Shown here: positions 41,676 through 42,992 of the stretch, piece by piece | Numbering within the stretch: the first letter of the stretch is position 1 | How the letters are laid out: every line of letters starts with the position of its first letter | From: a virus | Direction: 5' to 3' (one strand) | Virus record (IMG/VR): IMGVR_UViG_3300022665_000250 | Span: 1-42,992 of that record | Length of the DNA stretch: 42,992 nt | The notes under the pieces: generated by a model | What the model was told of the DNA's origin: nothing | Database searches by the model: none | What the model saw: the letters and a program-made list of their open reading frames with translations, nothing else | Made by a program: the position numbers and the translations under genes

Positions 41676-42046
41676 TTGATTACGTGATTAAAATATTGGA
41701 CATTACGGCTTTTCGTATCGCTCTGAGAAATGAAATTAGCTCTTATGCGTATTTAGATGATCAATACAACCCGAAACACAACCTTCCGATCACCGGCGTG
41801 ATTCCGTCAATGGATAATGTTACGGTTGCAATTTGCCGTTTAGATTCTGAACAGTATGTCTGGCTGATGTCGCTGCCTCACGTTAAAGAGTTAGGGTCTG
41901 GCAATCCGTATATCAAAGAAATGTCAGATATAACATGGGTTGAGTCAGGCAAAGAGGCATATCATGCTATTTATGACCAGAGCCCGTATGATGTAGACGG
42001 CGAGACTGTTACACCTCCATTATTACATTGCGTATTAGCAAGCTAA
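41672..42046 (+). CDS. hypothetical protein
   Basis: 124-aa ORF with ATGA overlap. Confidence 0.5.
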   Translation: MIDYVIKILDITAFRIALRNEISSYAYLDDQYNPKHNLPITGVIPSMDNVTVAICRLDSEQYVWLMSLPHVKELGSGNPYIKEMSDITWVESGKEAYHAIYDQSPYDVDGETVTPPLLHCVLAS

Positions 42047-42055
42047 GGAATTGAT

Positions 42056-42352
42056 ATGTCATCAGGACAGATATTAGTAGACGGCGCAACAGATTTTCAG
42101 GCTGTCAATCAGAACGGGGTTCATTTGGCAATGACCGGAGATTTTGGCGGCGGTACTATTGCTGTCCAACATGAAGTTAATGGCACAACTACTCCTCTGC
42201 TCAGTGATGGTGTTGCTATCACGTTTACTGCTGATGCTGATGTTCGTTTGAACGTCCAGATAGGTGATAAAATACGATTAAACACGTCAGGTGCAACAAG
42301 CCCCGTTGTCAATTTCAATATTGCTGGCGCGAGTCTAATACGTGAAATCTAA
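42056..42352 (+). CDS. hypothetical protein
   Basis: 98-aa ORF with AAGGA upstream. Confidence 0.5.
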   Translation: MSSGQILVDGATDFQAVNQNGVHLAMTGDFGGGTIAVQHEVNGTTTPLLSDGVAITFTADADVRLNVQIGDKIRLNTSGATSPVVNFNIAGASLIREI

Positions 42353-42401
42353 AGCGCAGTTATTGATAGATGCAAAGTCCAGGCGCAAATCTGACGCTGA
42401 T

Positions 42402-42992
42402 ATGTACACAGCGGAACAGGTACAGCAGTTAGTCGATAACATGCGAGCCAATAGCCACACTGACTCAAGCATACGCAGTCGTATAGGAGCTATCATCAGT
42501 GGAGGCTATGACGCTGCGGACACTTTGCACAACATCTATTTAGATTTTGGCTATCCCTGCACGCTCAATTTCCACAATTATTGGAACATGTATCGCCGGT
42601 TTGGCATTGCTAAAAATGTTGTCGAGTTGGCGCCCAATACTGGTTGGAGCACATCGCCAGAAATTATCGGTACTGACCCATTCAACAGTGACTTTGAAAA
42701 GATGGTTAAATCCGTTGATTTTTGGACTAGGATGAAGGGGCTTGATATTCGTCAACGCGTTGGCCGTTATGCTGGCATTTTCATGCGGGTCAAGGACGGC
42801 CAACAACCAAGCGAGCCTATTGACGGGACTTTGTCAGGTATTAACAGTCTGGTTGAGATGATGCCGTTGTACGAATCTCAACTTGATGTCGTCGAAACTA
42901 ATCAAGATCCCACATCAGAGGATTTCGGTCAGCCGAAAATGTATCAATTCAGCGGAGGAGTGGCAGGCACGCGGAATGAAGAGGTCAACAGG
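42402..42992 (+). CDS. portal protein, 5' part (continues at nt 145 via the duplicated end; full gene = 42402..42848 + 1..903, about 449 aa)
   Basis: I translated this frame by hand with no stop through to the window end. It joins the frame of ORF 10..903. An alternative GTG start at 42342 overlaps the upstream stop. The ORF track misses it because it has no in-window stop. Confidence 0.8.
   Translation, partial: MYTAEQVQQLVDNMRANSHTDSSIRSRIGAIISGGYDAADTLHNIYLDFGYPCTLNFHNYWNMYRRFGIAKNVVELAPNTGWSTSPEIIGTDPFNSDFEKMVKSVDFWTRMKGLDIRQRVGRYAGIFMRVKDGQQPSEPIDGTLSGINSLVEMMPLYESQLDVVETNQDPTSEDFGQPKMYQFSGGVAGTRNEEVNR
42849..42992. repeat. 144-bp exact duplicate of nt 1-144 (circular-assembly overlap or terminal redundancy)
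   Basis: Compared base by base; the two copies are identical. Confidence 0.95.

Noticed and set aside
1-42992. Search for an integrase, CI-type repressor, Mu A/B transposase, reverse transcriptase, methyltransferase or toxin-antitoxin pair.
   Set aside because: None of the translated ORFs showed the corresponding catalytic or HTH-peptidase motifs by eye. Absence by inspection is weak evidence, and an HMM scan is needed to confirm it.

Overview
The window holds one complete, circularly permuted tailed-phage genome with a contractile tail. Nt 1-144 are an exact copy of nt 42849-42992, so the unit length is 42,848 bp and the portal gene is split across the window ends.

Three transcription blocks are visible:
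1. A long plus-strand late block. It starts at a candidate promoter near 38220 and runs through small and large terminase, a LamG-type accessory protein and the portal (which wraps to nt 1). It continues through an SPP1-gp7/Mu-F head morphogenesis protein, a DUF2213-like protease/scaffold, the capsid and connector proteins, then a tail/baseplate/fibre module in Mu gp36-gp50 order. It ends with an M15-peptidase lysis cassette near 23100.
2. A minus-strand early-left operon, 28657 down to 23282. It carries an ERF annealase, a YqaJ exonuclease, a DUF551 protein, an acyl carrier protein and a YopX protein.
3. A plus-strand early-right operon, 28795 to 38194. It carries a Cro-like HTH protein, a YopX-like protein, an O-like initiator with internal iterons, a DnaB helicase, nucleases, a NinB-like protein and a SpoT/Mesh1-type HD hydrolase.

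I recognised no integrase, CI-type repressor, Mu transposase, rRNA or CRISPR array.

The most unusual feature is a pair of separate two-gene cassettes, one in each early operon. Each consists of a ~115-125 aa protein followed by a translationally coupled ORF made almost entirely of 34 hexanucleotide units. One encodes G(XG)34 with X = Asp/Tyr/Ser (11 Asp). The other encodes (XS)33-G with X = Gly/Arg/Trp (11 Arg).

Other notable items:
- a phage acyl carrier protein;
- an alarmone-hydrolase gene broken by a 1-nt frameshift and flanked by imperfect direct repeats;
- a TIR-bounded mini-IS carrying only the N-terminal part of an IS1595-type transposase, antisense inside the tail operon;
- a 171-bp insertion-like structured element;
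- a tRNA-like gene with a truncated anticodon arm;
- two arrays of helically phased 11-bp repeats that share a motif with the putative origin;
- a -1 frameshift site in the tail chaperone gene.

All family assignments come from motif recognition by eye. No database search was run.
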